Positions 42,301-53,043 of a stretch of DNA of 64,000 bases are shown one piece after another. Each line of letters opens with the position of its first letter. Position 1 is the stretch's first letter. The notes beneath the pieces were generated by a model. It was not told where the DNA came from and did no database searches. It saw only the letters and a program-made list of their open reading frames with translations. The stretch comes from Candidatus Dadabacteria bacterium (GTDB taxonomy: Bacteria; Desulfobacterota_D; UBA1144; Nemesobacterales; CSP1-2). The DNA is taken from assembly GCA_963805855.1 (NCBI GenBank), contig CAWDVW010000005.1, forward strand, positions 768,001-832,000. Reading direction: 5' to 3'. The position numbers were made by a program, and so were the translations under genes.

Positions 42301-43059
42301 ATGCCACAGCTTAAAAAAATAGTCTACTTCCTTAACCAATATCTTAAAATAGGTGATATTAAAGACACTTGCTGGAATGGGCTTCAATTCGAGGGCAAAT
42401 CAGAGGTAAAGAAAATTGCCTTTGCGGTTGATGCAAGCATCGATACGTTTAAACTGGCCATCCAAAAACAAGCCGATTTAATAGTTGTACACCATGGGCA
42501 TTTTTGGGAGACCCAAAACCCTTCGATAGTCGGATGGGCAAAAGAACGGGTAGAAATCCTGTCCAAACACCAGACGTCGCTTTATGCCTGCCATCTCCCG
42601 TTGGACAGACACAGGATAGTAGGAAACAATGCCCAGCTATTGAAATTACTCGGAGCGAACATCACGAATGAATTTTTGTTACACGAGGGCAAAAATATCG
42701 GCTGGATCGGTACGACCAGAAGAGCAGTCTCATTGAAACAAATCGAGCGTAAACTAAACGCCAAATTGAATACAAATTGTATACCGCTTCCCTTTGGAAA
42801 TGAAAAAGTCAATACAATTGCCGTTTGCAGCGGCGGTGGAGGGTACGGAGGGTTTTACGAAGCATTGAATTCGTGTGTCGACTTATATATCACTGGCGAT
42901 GCAATTGAAGTCTATTATACAGCACAGGATTCAAAAATGAACGTAATCTTTGCAGGCCATCACGCCACGGAGACCTTAGGATTGAAGGCCCTCGCAGAAG
43001 TTGTTAAGCGAAAATTTAGAGTCCAATGCACGTTCATAGACTTGCCTACAGGGCTTTGA
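42301..43059 (+). CDS. Nif3-like dinuclear metal centre protein
   Basis: NGLQ, VHHG, HLPLD, AGHHATE. Confidence 0.93.
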   Translation: MPQLKKIVYFLNQYLKIGDIKDTCWNGLQFEGKSEVKKIAFAVDASIDTFKLAIQKQADLIVVHHGHFWETQNPSIVGWAKERVEILSKHQTSLYACHLPLDRHRIVGNNAQLLKLLGANITNEFLLHEGKNIGWIGTTRRAVSLKQIERKLNAKLNTNCIPLPFGNEKVNTIAVCSGGGGYGGFYEALNSCVDLYITGDAIEVYYTAQDSKMNVIFAGHHATETLGLKALAEVVKRKFRVQCTFIDLPTGL

Positions 43060-43111
43060 AGCTTACCTTAGTATTCTTTGGCAATCACGACTTTAATATT
43101 TTTCTTAATTC

Positions 43112-43450
43112 CTAAACCTTCTTTAACCACCCAACAAAGATATCATTACCTTCAATCTTAACATCGTAGGCCGAAACAGAATGGCCTCCCGGGTGGTCGG
43201 GCAAGCCAGTCCTGACATCGAATGTCCAACCGTGCCAGGGGCAGGATACAACATAACCGCTCAATTTCCCTTCCCCGAGAGGTCCCCCCATGTGGGGACA
43301 TATATAGTTAATAGCAAAAAAATCTCCATCAACATTAAAGAGCGCAATCGGTTTTTCAAAGGCTCCTATGACTAGTTTCCCGGTTCCAGAGGGAAGTTCG
43401 TCAATCGTCGCTACCTTTACATAACCAGGCCTTCCCATTTCCCAACCCAC
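43112..43450 (-). CDS. Rieske ferredoxin (NirD-like)
   Basis: CPHMGGPL and CPWHG. Confidence 0.9.
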   Translation of the reverse strand: MGWEMGRPGYVKVATIDELPSGTGKLVIGAFEKPIALFNVDGDFFAINYICPHMGGPLGEGKLSGYVVSCPWHGWTFDVRTGLPDHPGGHSVSAYDVKIEGNDIFVGWLKKV

Positions 43451-43555
43451 CTAAAGTTAATAATGCAATATCAGTTATCTACAATTAGCCGGACACTCAA
43501 ATCACGTTTATTTGAAGCCAATAATAAGGTTCAGGTCATAAGCGAATTCAAGATT

Positions 43556-44185
43556 CTATTGAACAGGAAGTGTCAAATAAACATTGTCCTTACGATCCAG
43601 AAACCTCTCGATAGCACCCTTGCCGCCTTCTAAAACAGATTCCCCGTCGCCGACAAGCACTATATCAAAATTATATTCGAGTAAGACCTTTATAGAATCC
43701 TTTGCCTTCCGAGGATCGGCATATTTACCCTCAGGAAGCAGCGAAAATTCCCCCTTTGGCCAGCCAATAATCGCATCCCCAATAAAAAGAACCCCTTTAC
43801 CTTTAGAAAGAAGAAGGGCTGATTCTCCCGGCGACTTGTTATTAGGAATGTTTATCACCTTAAGATCTCCTGGCAATTGATCTCTATCGCCAAATGTCTG
43901 GTCAGGAGAAGATTTAAGAAATGCAGAATCCATTTCATTGACGTAAATCTTTGCCGCATATCTATCCCTGAATTCATAGGCCATCCTCTCGTGATCCTTG
44001 TTTGTTAAGATAATGTATTTCGGGGTTCCGAGCCTGAGAATATCATCGAGCTCCTCTTCGCTCACAAGCGCAGGATCAATGATGATCAGACCATCCTCTC
44101 CCTTCAAAGCATACCCATTAAAGTTATATCCGTGCTTTGGAGATAACCAAGACCATGTATAAATGCCTGTATAGATTTCTTCCAT
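43556..44185 (-). CDS. MBL-fold protein with degenerate metal site
   Basis: IIDP, LTNKDHER, SPGE, FIGD, LVGDG. Confidence 0.75.
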   Translation of the reverse strand: MEEIYTGIYTWSWLSPKHGYNFNGYALKGEDGLIIIDPALVSEEELDDILRLGTPKYIILTNKDHERMAYEFRDRYAAKIYVNEMDSAFLKSSPDQTFGDRDQLPGDLKVINIPNNKSPGESALLLSKGKGVLFIGDAIIGWPKGEFSLLPEGKYADPRKAKDSIKVLLEYNFDIVLVGDGESVLEGGKGAIERFLDRKDNVYLTLPVQ

Positions 44186-44414
44186 ATGAACACTTAATTT
44201 TGGATAATAGATTCAACCAAATATTATAGCTATTCGTACCAATGAAGCAAAAACTAATAACATTTTATCAAAAAAAGTATCTTTCCGTTACCCACACCAA
44301 ACCTCCGTTCGATAAATGCGAATCCAATCACAAACGACTTTGAGAACCGATTGACAAAATATGCTTCAGGTCTTACAATAATTTCGGTGGTTTTATTGAA
44401 CTGGAGCGGATTAA

Positions 44415-45959
44415 ATGAGTAGTGATATAGTTAAAATATTTGATACGACACTCAGAGACGGCGAGCAAGCCCCTGGATGTGGAATGACCGTAGAGGAAAA
44501 GCTCAGGGTTGCTTACCAGTTAGAAAAACTTGGTGTAGACATTATCGAAGCCGGCTTTCCTATCTCCTCGGAGGGTGATTTTCAATCAGTGAAAGTTATT
44601 GCCGATAAAATCAGGGGCTGTGAGATTGCTGGCCTCTGCAGGGCCAATTTCAATGATATAGATAGAGGTTGGGAAGCAATAAAAGGAGCTGAATATCCCA
44701 GGATTCATACCTTCATAGCGACCTCCGACATTCATCTCAAGCACAAACTCAGAAAAGACAAGGAAGAGGTCCTGGAAATAATCAGCGCCGCCGTTAAGCA
44801 CGCTAAGCGATATACTGACAACGTTGAATTCTCGACCGAAGATGCCACCAGAACGGATCTTGATTACCTCTGCCGCTCTGTGGATATAGCCATAAGAGCT
44901 GGTGCTACCACTATTAATATTCCGGATACGGTCGGATATACATTTCCCGAAGAGTTCGCACATATAATAAGAACATTGAAAGAGAAGGTTCCTGGCCTTG
45001 ATAATGTAACATTGAGCGTCCATTGCCATAACGATCTTGGACTGGCGGTCGCAAACTCAATTGCGGCAATTAAGGAGGGTGCGAGGCAGGTTGAATGCAC
45101 GATCAATGGGCTTGGCGAGCGGGCTGGAAATGCATCGCTTGAAGAAATCGTTATGGCACTTAAGGTACGAAGTGACAGACATCCGTATAAAACCCGAATC
45201 GTCACGGAGCAGATCTACCCAACAAGCAGAATAGTGTCACAGGTCACGGGGGTAAGTGTTCAGCCAAATAAAGCGATCGTAGGAGCTAATGCTTTTGCAC
45301 ATGAAGCAGGGATACATCAAGACGGAGTCCTAAAGGAAAGAATTACCTATGAAATAATGAAGGCCGAGGAAATTGGCATTCCTTCAAATAAAATAATCCT
45401 CGGAAAACACTCGGGCAGACATGCATTCAGAAAAAGGCTCGAAGAGTATGGCTATTTTCTAAACGAAGCGGATTTTCTCACCGCATTTAAAAAGTTTAAA
45501 GACCTCGCAGACAAGAAAAAGTACGTTTTTGACGAGGATATTGAAGCACTGATCAGTGAAGAGTTTGTTCGTTCTTCGGATTACTATAAGCTCATTTCGG
45601 CTAACTTTTCGGGCGGGACCGATATGAATCCAGTCGCAACTGTTAAGCTCGATATAGAAGGAGAGGAGGTAATAGTATCCGAGAGCGGTGGGGGCCCGGT
45701 AGATGCCGCCTATAAAGCCATTTCCAAGGCAACTGGTATAAATCCCAATCTTGAACATTACATGGTGGCTTCGATTACTGGTGGTACCGACGCACAAGGC
45801 GAAGTTACCGTAAGAATCGAAGATGATGGAATTTTCTCTCAGGGCCAAGGTTCGAGTACCGACATTGTGGTTGCTAGCGCAAAGGCTTATATAAATGCTC
45901 TCAATAAGCTTAGATGGAGAAAGGAGCACCCTAAAAGAGCAACAACAAGAGGACTTTAG
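44415..45959 (+). CDS. leuA: 2-isopropylmalate synthase
   Basis: [32 protein letters not shown], regulatory GPVDA domain. Confidence 0.97.
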   Translation: MSSDIVKIFDTTLRDGEQAPGCGMTVEEKLRVAYQLEKLGVDIIEAGFPISSEGDFQSVKVIADKIRGCEIAGLCRANFNDIDRGWEAIKGAEYPRIHTFIATSDIHLKHKLRKDKEEVLEIISAAVKHAKRYTDNVEFSTEDATRTDLDYLCRSVDIAIRAGATTINIPDTVGYTFPEEFAHIIRTLKEKVPGLDNVTLSVHCHNDLGLAVANSIAAIKEGARQVECTINGLGERAGNASLEEIVMALKVRSDRHPYKTRIVTEQIYPTSRIVSQVTGVSVQPNKAIVGANAFAHEAGIHQDGVLKERITYEIMKAEEIGIPSNKIILGKHSGRHAFRKRLEEYGYFLNEADFLTAFKKFKDLADKKKYVFDEDIEALISEEFVRSSDYYKLISANFSGGTDMNPVATVKLDIEGEEVIVSESGGGPVDAAYKAISKATGINPNLEHYMVASITGGTDAQGEVTVRIEDDGIFSQGQGSSTDIVVASAKAYINALNKLRWRKEHPKRATTRGL

Positions 45960-46092
45960 GTTCCGGTAACTCGCCATAGCTTGTTTGGACAAGACACATA
46001 GTATAACCTTCTTATATATAGGACTTTTCGGTTGACAATTGAACTATTGGAATAAGTAACACAAGTAAAGTAACTCCAGATTAAACATAGCC

Positions 46093-47580
46093 ATGGCATT
46101 TCCATCCGACAAAATAGCAAGTTGCATAAGGGCTGAATATCCACTTATCTACCTCATTAGTTGGGAAGAAGAACGTGTCGAAGAGTCGTTGAGACTACTT
46201 TCAAAGGAGTCGTTTCATGATGAATATGGTGTATACTCCTGGTCCTGTACCAACGGGTTTAGCGGAGGAAATGGGGTATCAGAAGGAATCGACGACGCCT
46301 TAAGTGCCTTGAAAAAGGTTCAGGAGACCAATCAAAAGGGGTTCTTTCTTTTTAAGGATCTTCACTTTTTTCTTAACGACCCAAAGATAATAAGAGAATT
46401 GAAGGACCTACATCAAACCCTGAAAAGTAGCTCTAAAACCCTGTTCATTATTTCCCCCTCTGCAGTCCTCCCACCTGAACTAGAAAAGGAAATAACAATA
46501 TTCGAAATCGGACTTCCAGATGCAGATGATGCCACGATGATATTTGACGAAGTTACAACTCCATTTAAAGATAGCAGCCGTCAAAATCATTATACCCCTG
46601 AGTTCAGGGAAAAATGCGTTCACGCTTTGCAGGGCCTAGGATCTTCCGAAATGAAATTTGCTCTGAGGAGGATTCTTCTGGATGGAGACGAAAAAAGTGA
46701 AGAAGAGATCGTTACATCCCTCATGGATGAGAAGGCTCTCCTAATAAATAGAACCGGAACGCTGGAGTATGTAAGGGGTAGGGTAGGCTTGGATGACATC
46801 GGTGGCCTGGAAAATCTAAAGGAATGGCTCAAAACCAGGGCATTAGCATTTGGCCCGGATGGCAGGAAACGTGGGCTTGACATGCCCAAGGGATTACTGA
46901 TAATGGGAATAAGCGGTTGTGGTAAGAGCCTATGTGCTAAATCCGTCGCTTCGGTTTGGAATTTACCGCTATTGAGGCTCGACCTAAATCAACTTTATAG
47001 CGGTGTATTTGGAACCCCCGAAGAAGCCTTTCGAAACACAATAAAGACCGTTGAAACAATTTCTCCCTGTGTGCTATGGATAGATGAGATCGAGGCCGGG
47101 ATCACAAGGAGCGGGGAGAAAACGGGCGATAGTCCTGCATCCAGGATATTCGGCTCTTTTCTTACCTGGATGCAAGAAAAGAAACACCCCGTATTTATAG
47201 CTGCCACTGCAAATCAAATCGACCTGCTACCGCCGGAGATCTTGAGAAAGGGCAGGTTCGATGAGATCTTCTTCGTATCCCTTCCATCAAAAATAGATCG
47301 AAAAGAGATATTCCGAATTCATCTTGTCAACCGCCATAAGGATCCCGACTCCTTCGATTTAGATTCCCTTGCCAAGAACACCGAAGGACTTTCCGGCTCA
47401 GAGATCGAACAGGTTGTGGTCTCCGCCCTTTTTGAAGCCTATTCAAAACAAAAGGAATTGGATGACAGAGAACTTATAATCGCAGCGTCTTCTATAGTTC
47501 CACTCTCTACAACGATGCGGGAGGAGATTTCTAGGCTAGAGAGATGGGCATCAGATCGAGCAGTAGCAGCATCAAAGTGA
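46093..47580 (+). CDS. Ycf46-like AAA+ ATPase
   Basis: EEERV N-terminus, GGLENLKEWL, GISGCGKS, WIDEIE, FLTWMQE, RKGRFDE. Confidence 0.9.
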   Translation: MAFPSDKIASCIRAEYPLIYLISWEEERVEESLRLLSKESFHDEYGVYSWSCTNGFSGGNGVSEGIDDALSALKKVQETNQKGFFLFKDLHFFLNDPKIIRELKDLHQTLKSSSKTLFIISPSAVLPPELEKEITIFEIGLPDADDATMIFDEVTTPFKDSSRQNHYTPEFREKCVHALQGLGSSEMKFALRRILLDGDEKSEEEIVTSLMDEKALLINRTGTLEYVRGRVGLDDIGGLENLKEWLKTRALAFGPDGRKRGLDMPKGLLIMGISGCGKSLCAKSVASVWNLPLLRLDLNQLYSGVFGTPEEAFRNTIKTVETISPCVLWIDEIEAGITRSGEKTGDSPASRIFGSFLTWMQEKKHPVFIAATANQIDLLPPEILRKGRFDEIFFVSLPSKIDRKEIFRIHLVNRHKDPDSFDLDSLAKNTEGLSGSEIEQVVVSALFEAYSKQKELDDRELIIAASSIVPLSTTMREEISRLERWASDRAVAASK

Positions 47581-47696
47581 ACCCTTAAGACGAAATTGAA
47601 ATCATTTCACCGGGAACATGGTGAAATGAATCAATCTCAGATGTTTTCTCGTCAATGATTACGATATAAATTCTCTATCAAGATAGTAAGTGGCAT

Positions 47697-47791
47697 AAAA
47701 AAGAAAAGTGGGAATGATCTAAAGGCTTTAGAAACATTCCCACTATCTTAAAGGAGGATGGAGGATGATTTAAGTTTTCAAATTAAATACA
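47697..47791 (-). ncRNA. Candidate sRNA 1 (anti-SD motifs, terminator hairpin)
   Basis: Minus-strand promoter TTGACA(47826)-17-TATATT; UCAUCCUCCAUCCUCCUUU; AGTGGGAATG/CATTCCCACT stem plus U-tract; paralog at 53910-53996. Confidence 0.6.
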
Positions 47792-47948
47792 ATTATTAAT
47801 ATAAAGCAATTTACTTAAGTTGTCAAGTAGTTTTTTAATTTAATTAATTAATTTGCTTTTGGTTAGTATTTTTTGGTAATTTTAGATAAAATTTTTAGTC
47901 GGCCATATTTAATGTACAGAGAAACTGAATGTTTTTCTTACAACAAGT

Positions 47949-48025
47949 GGGGATGTAGCTCAGACTGGGAGAGCGCCGCCTTCGCAAGGCGGAGGTCGGG
48001 GGTTCGAATCCCCTCATCTCCACCA
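47949..48025 (+). tRNA. tRNA-Ala(CGC)
   Basis: GGGGATG/CATCTCC acceptor with G3:U70, CCGCC-TTCGCAA-GGCGG, GGTTCGAATCC, CCA. Confidence 0.95.
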
Positions 48026-48082
48026 CTAAATTTTATATTAATTACCTTGAGTTAAAACAATTACATTAGTGTCCATAGTCTC

Positions 48083-48301
48083 TTAATTTGTGTCTGAGGT
48101 GTCCGAATAGGTGTCTATCGCAGCCGATTTTAAGCGATTTCCTGGCTTATAGATAGCGGATTTTTTAGCCTCTTCCCAGGTATGACTGTATCGCTGCAGC
48201 ATCCTCATATCTTTATGTCCAGATATAGCCATTACGGTTGCGTTATCTTCTTTTTCATCAACTATGAGGGTCGAGACAAAAGTATGTCTCATATCGTGAA
48301 A
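48083..48301 (-). pseudogene. C-terminal remnant of a tyrosine integrase
   Basis: FHDMRHTF...SGHKDMRMLQRYSH (box II); N-terminal part replaced by backbone repeat. Confidence 0.85.
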
Positions 48302-48306
48302 GCTTC

Positions 48307-48388
48307 CGGGGTAAGGTGATCTTGTATTACTACAGGGAGAAAACGCCTTCACGCCTGATATAGCGGGGTTAAAATGGCTAAACTGCAC
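48307..48388 (+). repeat. Island backbone repeat, copy A
   Basis: CGGGGTAAGGT...GAGAAAACGCC...TTAAAATGGCTAAACTGCAC. Confidence 0.8.
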
Positions 48389-48406
48389 GTCCGATTAATT
48401 GCGTTG

Positions 48407-48727
48407 TTAGATGTCATTGGTTTGTTTCCGACCTTTTTGATAGGGAACAAGAATCACTTTCTTATTACCCCAATAGATGATTAGGCCTAAAAACGCATAA
48501 CTGACAAGCGCTGGGATAAGCCACTCAAGACCTCGGAAGTACAGCAACATTGTAAAAACCAACGAAATGACAGCTATAAAGATACAGAAGGCTTGTCTGT
48601 ATTTTGTATCGGTATCGACCATGAACCTCCCTCGGCAATTGGGGCATATTCTGTAATTCTTGAAGAGGCCTTGGTGGCGAAGCTCCCTTAAACAAATCTC
48701 AATCTCGCAGTATGGACATGTTGTCAT
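48407..48727 (-). CDS. Small zinc-ribbon membrane protein; probable integron-type cassette gene
   Basis: CPYC...CPNC plus two TM segments; preceded by GTTAGGT; stop overlaps ATCTAAC. Confidence 0.75.
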   Translation of the reverse strand: MTTCPYCEIEICLRELRHQGLFKNYRICPNCRGRFMVDTDTKYRQAFCIFIAVISLVFTMLLYFRGLEWLIPALVSYAFLGLIIYWGNKKVILVPYQKGRKQTNDI

Positions 48728-48738
48728 CGAGAGATCAC

Positions 48739-48895
48739 ACCTAACTGTTAATTAGACTGCAATAATGCAGCATAATTCCCTATGAGGGATTTTATCCTGC
48801 AAATCGCTCTTCTAGTTGATACTAAGATAAATGTAATTTCTAGTCAATATGAATGTATAGGAAAAATGAGCTACCCCCATAATAAGTCCATAACG
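48739..48895 (-). promoter_or_regulatory. Promoter plus attI-like platform, copy 1
   Basis: TTGACT-17-TAGTAT, ends TAATTAACA-GTTAGGT; homologous to 62307-62466. Confidence 0.6.
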
Positions 48896-48986
48896 AGAAC
48901 TAGATTTTTGATGAGCAACGCTGTAGACAGGAACTCATCAGAGTAATTAGGAAGGATTACATTTGTGAAATTTATATAATTCCATA

Positions 48987-49826
48987 CTATGCCGCCTGCC
49001 ATCTAACCTCATACAGCCGCACAGGCTCATCGAAACCACGTAGCGGTATCTCACCCTGGTCGGAAAATGGCAATTTCTTGCCGATGCACAGATCTTGTAT
49101 TACACGTGTGACCAAAATCTGTTCAGGTTTAGCATGGTCACAGATGCGAGCAGCGAGTTGGACGGTGGAGCCAAATAGATCCTGGCCTCCCGTGACGGGC
49201 TCACCAGCAGTGATGCCAATGCGAAGGTGGATAGTAGCGATGGGCTCCTTATTATTACAAGAAGCAACAGCCCTTTGAATAGACATAGCACACTCTACAG
49301 CGCGAGAAACAGAGCAAAAGGAAACCATGAAACCGTCACCTGTGTGTTTAACTTCGTTGCCATCATGAGTCTTTATAACATCGCGAATAATGGCATCATG
49401 AGTACGAAGGAGTTCCATGGCTTTAGAGTCCCCGAGGCGTGTTGTTATAGTCGTGGAACCCTCCATATCCGTGAACATGATAGTGCGAAAGGCAGAGTCT
49501 ATTATTGGTACGTTACTGGTAGGCGCAGGCGACTTGGTTGGCATTGGCGGGTCCTCAATTCTTCCAAGGAACGCCTTCACGGCCCCAGGGTTGACTTCGA
49601 TGATTTCGCTGGGAACATGTCCATGAGCTTCATGGTGCATCTGCTCTACAGCTTGTTTTCTCGGAGCCTCTATTAAACAAAAAGTCGTACCATTTGCTTC
49701 ATCAAACCAATATGTCAGGGCCTTGCAACCATACTTGTCTTGGATTTCAAGATCTTTCTGATGGGCCTCTGCAACTTCAGTTGCAGTCGTGCCTTTGATG
49801 TCATGACGATCCATATAGATAGGCAT
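48987..49826 (-). CDS. DUF4242 (SCO4226-like) plus class III adenylate/guanylate cyclase
   Basis: MPIYMDRH..AHQKDL..FCLIEAP..HHEAHG; MFTDMEGST, KHTGDG, RIGI..GE, LAARI. Confidence 0.88.
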   Translation of the reverse strand: MPIYMDRHDIKGTTATEVAEAHQKDLEIQDKYGCKALTYWFDEANGTTFCLIEAPRKQAVEQMHHEAHGHVPSEIIEVNPGAVKAFLGRIEDPPMPTKSPAPTSNVPIIDSAFRTIMFTDMEGSTTITTRLGDSKAMELLRTHDAIIRDVIKTHDGNEVKHTGDGFMVSFCSVSRAVECAMSIQRAVASCNNKEPIATIHLRIGITAGEPVTGGQDLFGSTVQLAARICDHAKPEQILVTRVIQDLCIGKKLPFSDQGEIPLRGFDEPVRLYEVRWQAA

Positions 49827-50594
49827 TCGATCCTCCCTGTCTCAATAAAGGCGACCTGTCTAATTATTTTATACAGCTCAATTGGAAGCCTCACTTGCAT
49901 ATGCTCAATTTTTGCATTATCCAGTTTAGGTTGTTCCATAGTAGCTCATGATAATGTATGAGCGCATGTAGGTCAATGTCAGAGATAATAAATATAGAGT
50001 TTTAAAGCAACGCTTAAAATACAGTTTCGCTATTAACGCCGTAGAGATGTTTTAATCTGAAAAGTTACACTATAACCTCTCTTAAAAAAATCTTTTAACC
50101 TTGCTTTATAGACAAGCTATAACAAGCATTTCCAAGTCTTATTTTGAGTAGAAATATCTTACATTAAGTAGTACAATTGGTGGTTGAGATTTTAAGTCAG
50201 GGGAGAGCTACTATAGTGAATTGACCCATCTGTACTGATCCCCTTTTGTCAAGAAGGGTTTAAGTTGGAATTATGTGATTCATATCTCGTTCAAACTGGC
50301 TTTGCGAGCAAGAATCCGGGGAAATTGTACGGTTCCTATCGGTTTATATTGGTTTCTTTGCATTGTCCGTATTCTAAGAACCCGCGCTGCACACCATTTA
50401 GTATGGATTCAAGGTAAATAACTACTCCGGAAATGTATCATTAGCGATTCCCGCCCTAATGGTGTTTTCTATTTATTGTTAAGCTTCGTAGTTACGAAGG
50501 GGCAGTTCTTTTTTGATTCGTCAAATATTGTAATTCAAGGTATAAAACTTTAGTATACTTATATATAGCGTACAAAATCGTTAGGAGGATTGGA

Positions 50595-51638
50595 ATGAAA
50601 TTAACTAAACCGCATGTGTTCGCTTTTGTACTCCTCTTGTACCTTATGTCCATAGGGGGCTGTAACGATAGTGAGAATTCCGGTGATGCGAATGTTCCTG
50701 CTTTAGTACCTTTTGATTTGAATGTCGCTGTGGAGTTGGCGACCCTAAGCCTTGTAGCTTATGACCAGCGTCTTCAGTGTATTAGCGGAGGTAAGGATGC
50801 GATAACGGTACCGGAAGGTTTCAAATTACAGGAGGTAATTTATCAACAGGTCGATACTAGTACGGATAGTGGTTGTAAGGACGATCCTCAGATAATCCCC
50901 ATAGCATTTATCGCAACGAAAGATGATAAAATCTTTCTCTCTTTCAGAGGGACTGCAAGCGTTTCGGATGAACTTGCAGACGCGCTGATTGAGCAAGAGC
51001 CGTTTACGTTTTTTATGATGGCTCCAGCAACCAATGCAAAGGTACAGCAAGGTTTCAACGAAGTATACATGGAGATCCGGGGGCCTATATTTGAAAAGAT
51101 AGAAGCTTTATCGAATGAGATGCAAGACGATGTGTTCAAATACAATACCTTGTTTATTACCGGACACAGCCTGGGGGCCGCACTCGCGGTGCTTGCAGTA
51201 CCCGACCTTAAGGAGGGTATTGAAAATCTTCCTCCGGTGGTAATGTACAACTTTGCCGGACCGAGTGTAGGAAATCCTGATTTTGTAGATCTGTATATGC
51301 AATCTGTACGCTCAAGCTGGAGGGTGGTAAATACGAAAGACGTTATTCCGAAACTGCCCCCGACAACGCTGGATTGCGACAATTACAGGTATGAGCATGC
51401 AGCAGGTGAATGGGATATTAAATTCGGGCCTAATCTTCCAGCTCTGCCTAAATTCAGTTGCAAAAATATTGGTATTATACAAGCTCAGATTTTGGAATAT
51501 CTATCAGATAATGAAAAGAAGGTGGAGATAGATCACAGCATGTGTACGTACCATGACACTCTTTGTGAAGAGCTCGTGGGCAATGAAGATTGTGCGGATA
51601 CCACAGACAATTCGCTCCATTGCACCCAATCTGAGTAG
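50595..51638 (+). CDS. Class 3 lipase lipoprotein
   Basis: Lipobox-like GGC, SFRGT, GHSLG, DVIPKLP, C-terminal His. Confidence 0.88.
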   Translation: MKLTKPHVFAFVLLLYLMSIGGCNDSENSGDANVPALVPFDLNVAVELATLSLVAYDQRLQCISGGKDAITVPEGFKLQEVIYQQVDTSTDSGCKDDPQIIPIAFIATKDDKIFLSFRGTASVSDELADALIEQEPFTFFMMAPATNAKVQQGFNEVYMEIRGPIFEKIEALSNEMQDDVFKYNTLFITGHSLGAALAVLAVPDLKEGIENLPPVVMYNFAGPSVGNPDFVDLYMQSVRSSWRVVNTKDVIPKLPPTTLDCDNYRYEHAAGEWDIKFGPNLPALPKFSCKNIGIIQAQILEYLSDNEKKVEIDHSMCTYHDTLCEELVGNEDCADTTDNSLHCTQSE

Positions 51639-51705
51639 TCAGATCGAACTATCCCGAATTAATGTTGAAATAAGCGTTTACTTTTCTGTACTGCTTACTT
51701 TATTA

Positions 51706-52476
51706 TCAAGCAGCGTTTAAATGTACAGTATGATTTTTGCAATAATCCTCTTCCACCTGAATCGGCGAGCGGTATCCAAGAGCTGAATGAAGGTAATTCC
51801 GGTTGTAATAATCAACCCATTTATCCAGTCCCTTATTTAACTCCGCTTCACCCTTCCATTCCGTTAGCCAAAAGAGCTCTTCTTTCATTGTTCTTATCAT
51901 TCTCTCTGTATCTGCGTTTCCTTTAGGGTTATTGTAGCTCGTAAATACTTGCTGAACTCCCAGATTAGAACAGGTTTTAATAAAGCTGAGTGAAGTAGGC
52001 TGACTCCCGTTATCACTCATAAGCTTAAGTCCATGTCCTCTTACTCCTCCAGGGAACTCCCTGTTTAGTCCTTTCTCTAAAGCTTCCAGCCATTCTCTAC
52101 TTGTAGCTCTTGTTCCACTGTAGTGACCTACTATCTTCTTCGTATATCAGTCTAGTACTATTACAACATATACCCAGCCGCTGTCAGTGATAACCTTTGT
52201 CATATCTATTCCCCACCACTGCTTAGGCTTATTCGGTTTAGGCTTTGGTCTTTCTGACACTCTATTTGCTATTAGTCTTGGGTTAGGTTTTACAGTAAGG
52301 TTATGCTCTCTCATTAACCTGTATATACGCTTCTTGTTTATTATTAATCCATCTACAAATCGAAGATATGCCCATACTCTCCTGTAACCCCAGAAGGGAT
52401 GTTCTGGTTTTATATCTTTTATCCTTTCAAGTAAGTATTCGTTACGGAGACTTACAGAGTTTGACGGCATTCTCAT
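51706..52476 (-). pseudogene. IS3 transposase OrfB with in-frame TGA at 52147-52149
   Basis: VIVLD*YTKKIVG reads in frame into SDNG...NADTER. Confidence 0.85.
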
Positions 52477-52748
52477 ATAAACTCGTCGTCTGTTTTTTTT
52501 AATTCAACAGTGAGTGAGCCTATTATTTGTTTTAACTCTTTATTCTTCTGACGGAGGCGGTCTATTTCTCCAGTGTCTTTTTTAGAATCAAACGCCTTAT
52601 GAGCTTCGGATAGAAACTTGTCACGCCAAGTGTAGTATTGGTTTTGATGTATTCCGTACTCGTTACATATCTCTGAAACAGGTCGTCCTGACAAGCCTTC
52701 AAGTACTATCTTGGTCTTGGTTTTAGAATCCCATCTTCTTCGCTTCAT
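52473..52748 (-). CDS. IS3 transposase OrfA
   Basis: KIVLEGLSG..VSEICNEYGI..NQYYTWRDKF; ATGA overlap with orfB. Confidence 0.85.
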   Translation of the reverse strand: MKRRRWDSKTKTKIVLEGLSGRPVSEICNEYGIHQNQYYTWRDKFLSEAHKAFDSKKDTGEIDRLRQKNKELKQIIGSLTVELKKTDDEFI

Positions 52749-53043
52749 TGCTCCCTCTCCTTTTACCATAAAATTTACTAGCTTAATTCTACTAGCTTCT
52801 TAATGGGGAGCAGTATAAATCATCAAATGGCTCTTTTTTGAATCCATTTCTTTTTTTTAGCATGACGTATGGCCTGCAGTATACTTATGCGGGAGGAAAG
52901 TTTTAATTTCTTAGATTTGATATTGTAAATCTCTTTTGAAATATGTTATATTGCTTCCGAAAATTTAAAATCACAAACACATTCGCAAGATCAATCGCTT
53001 CATAGCTTGAACAAATTAATCGAGTCGTAAAGGAGGATAGGGT

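Larger units (their letters stand above)
51687..52817 (-). mobile_element. IS3-family insertion sequence, inactivated
   Basis: Imperfect ends TGTACTGCT / TATACTGCT; orfA HTH; orfB with WGYRRV, IDMT, SDNG, NADTER; A8 slippery run at 52493-52500. Confidence 0.88.

Noticed and set aside
47751-47800. Plus-strand AAGGAGG followed by ATG as a leader peptide, type I toxin or CsrA decoy
   Set aside because: Peptides are not conserved between the two copies, and the consensus promoters face the other way
48900-48970. Possible intI 5' remnants divergent from the attI-like sites (QELIRVIRKDY here; RRKHYILHN near 62225-62255)
   Set aside because: Only vague resemblance to the IntI N-terminus; too short to call
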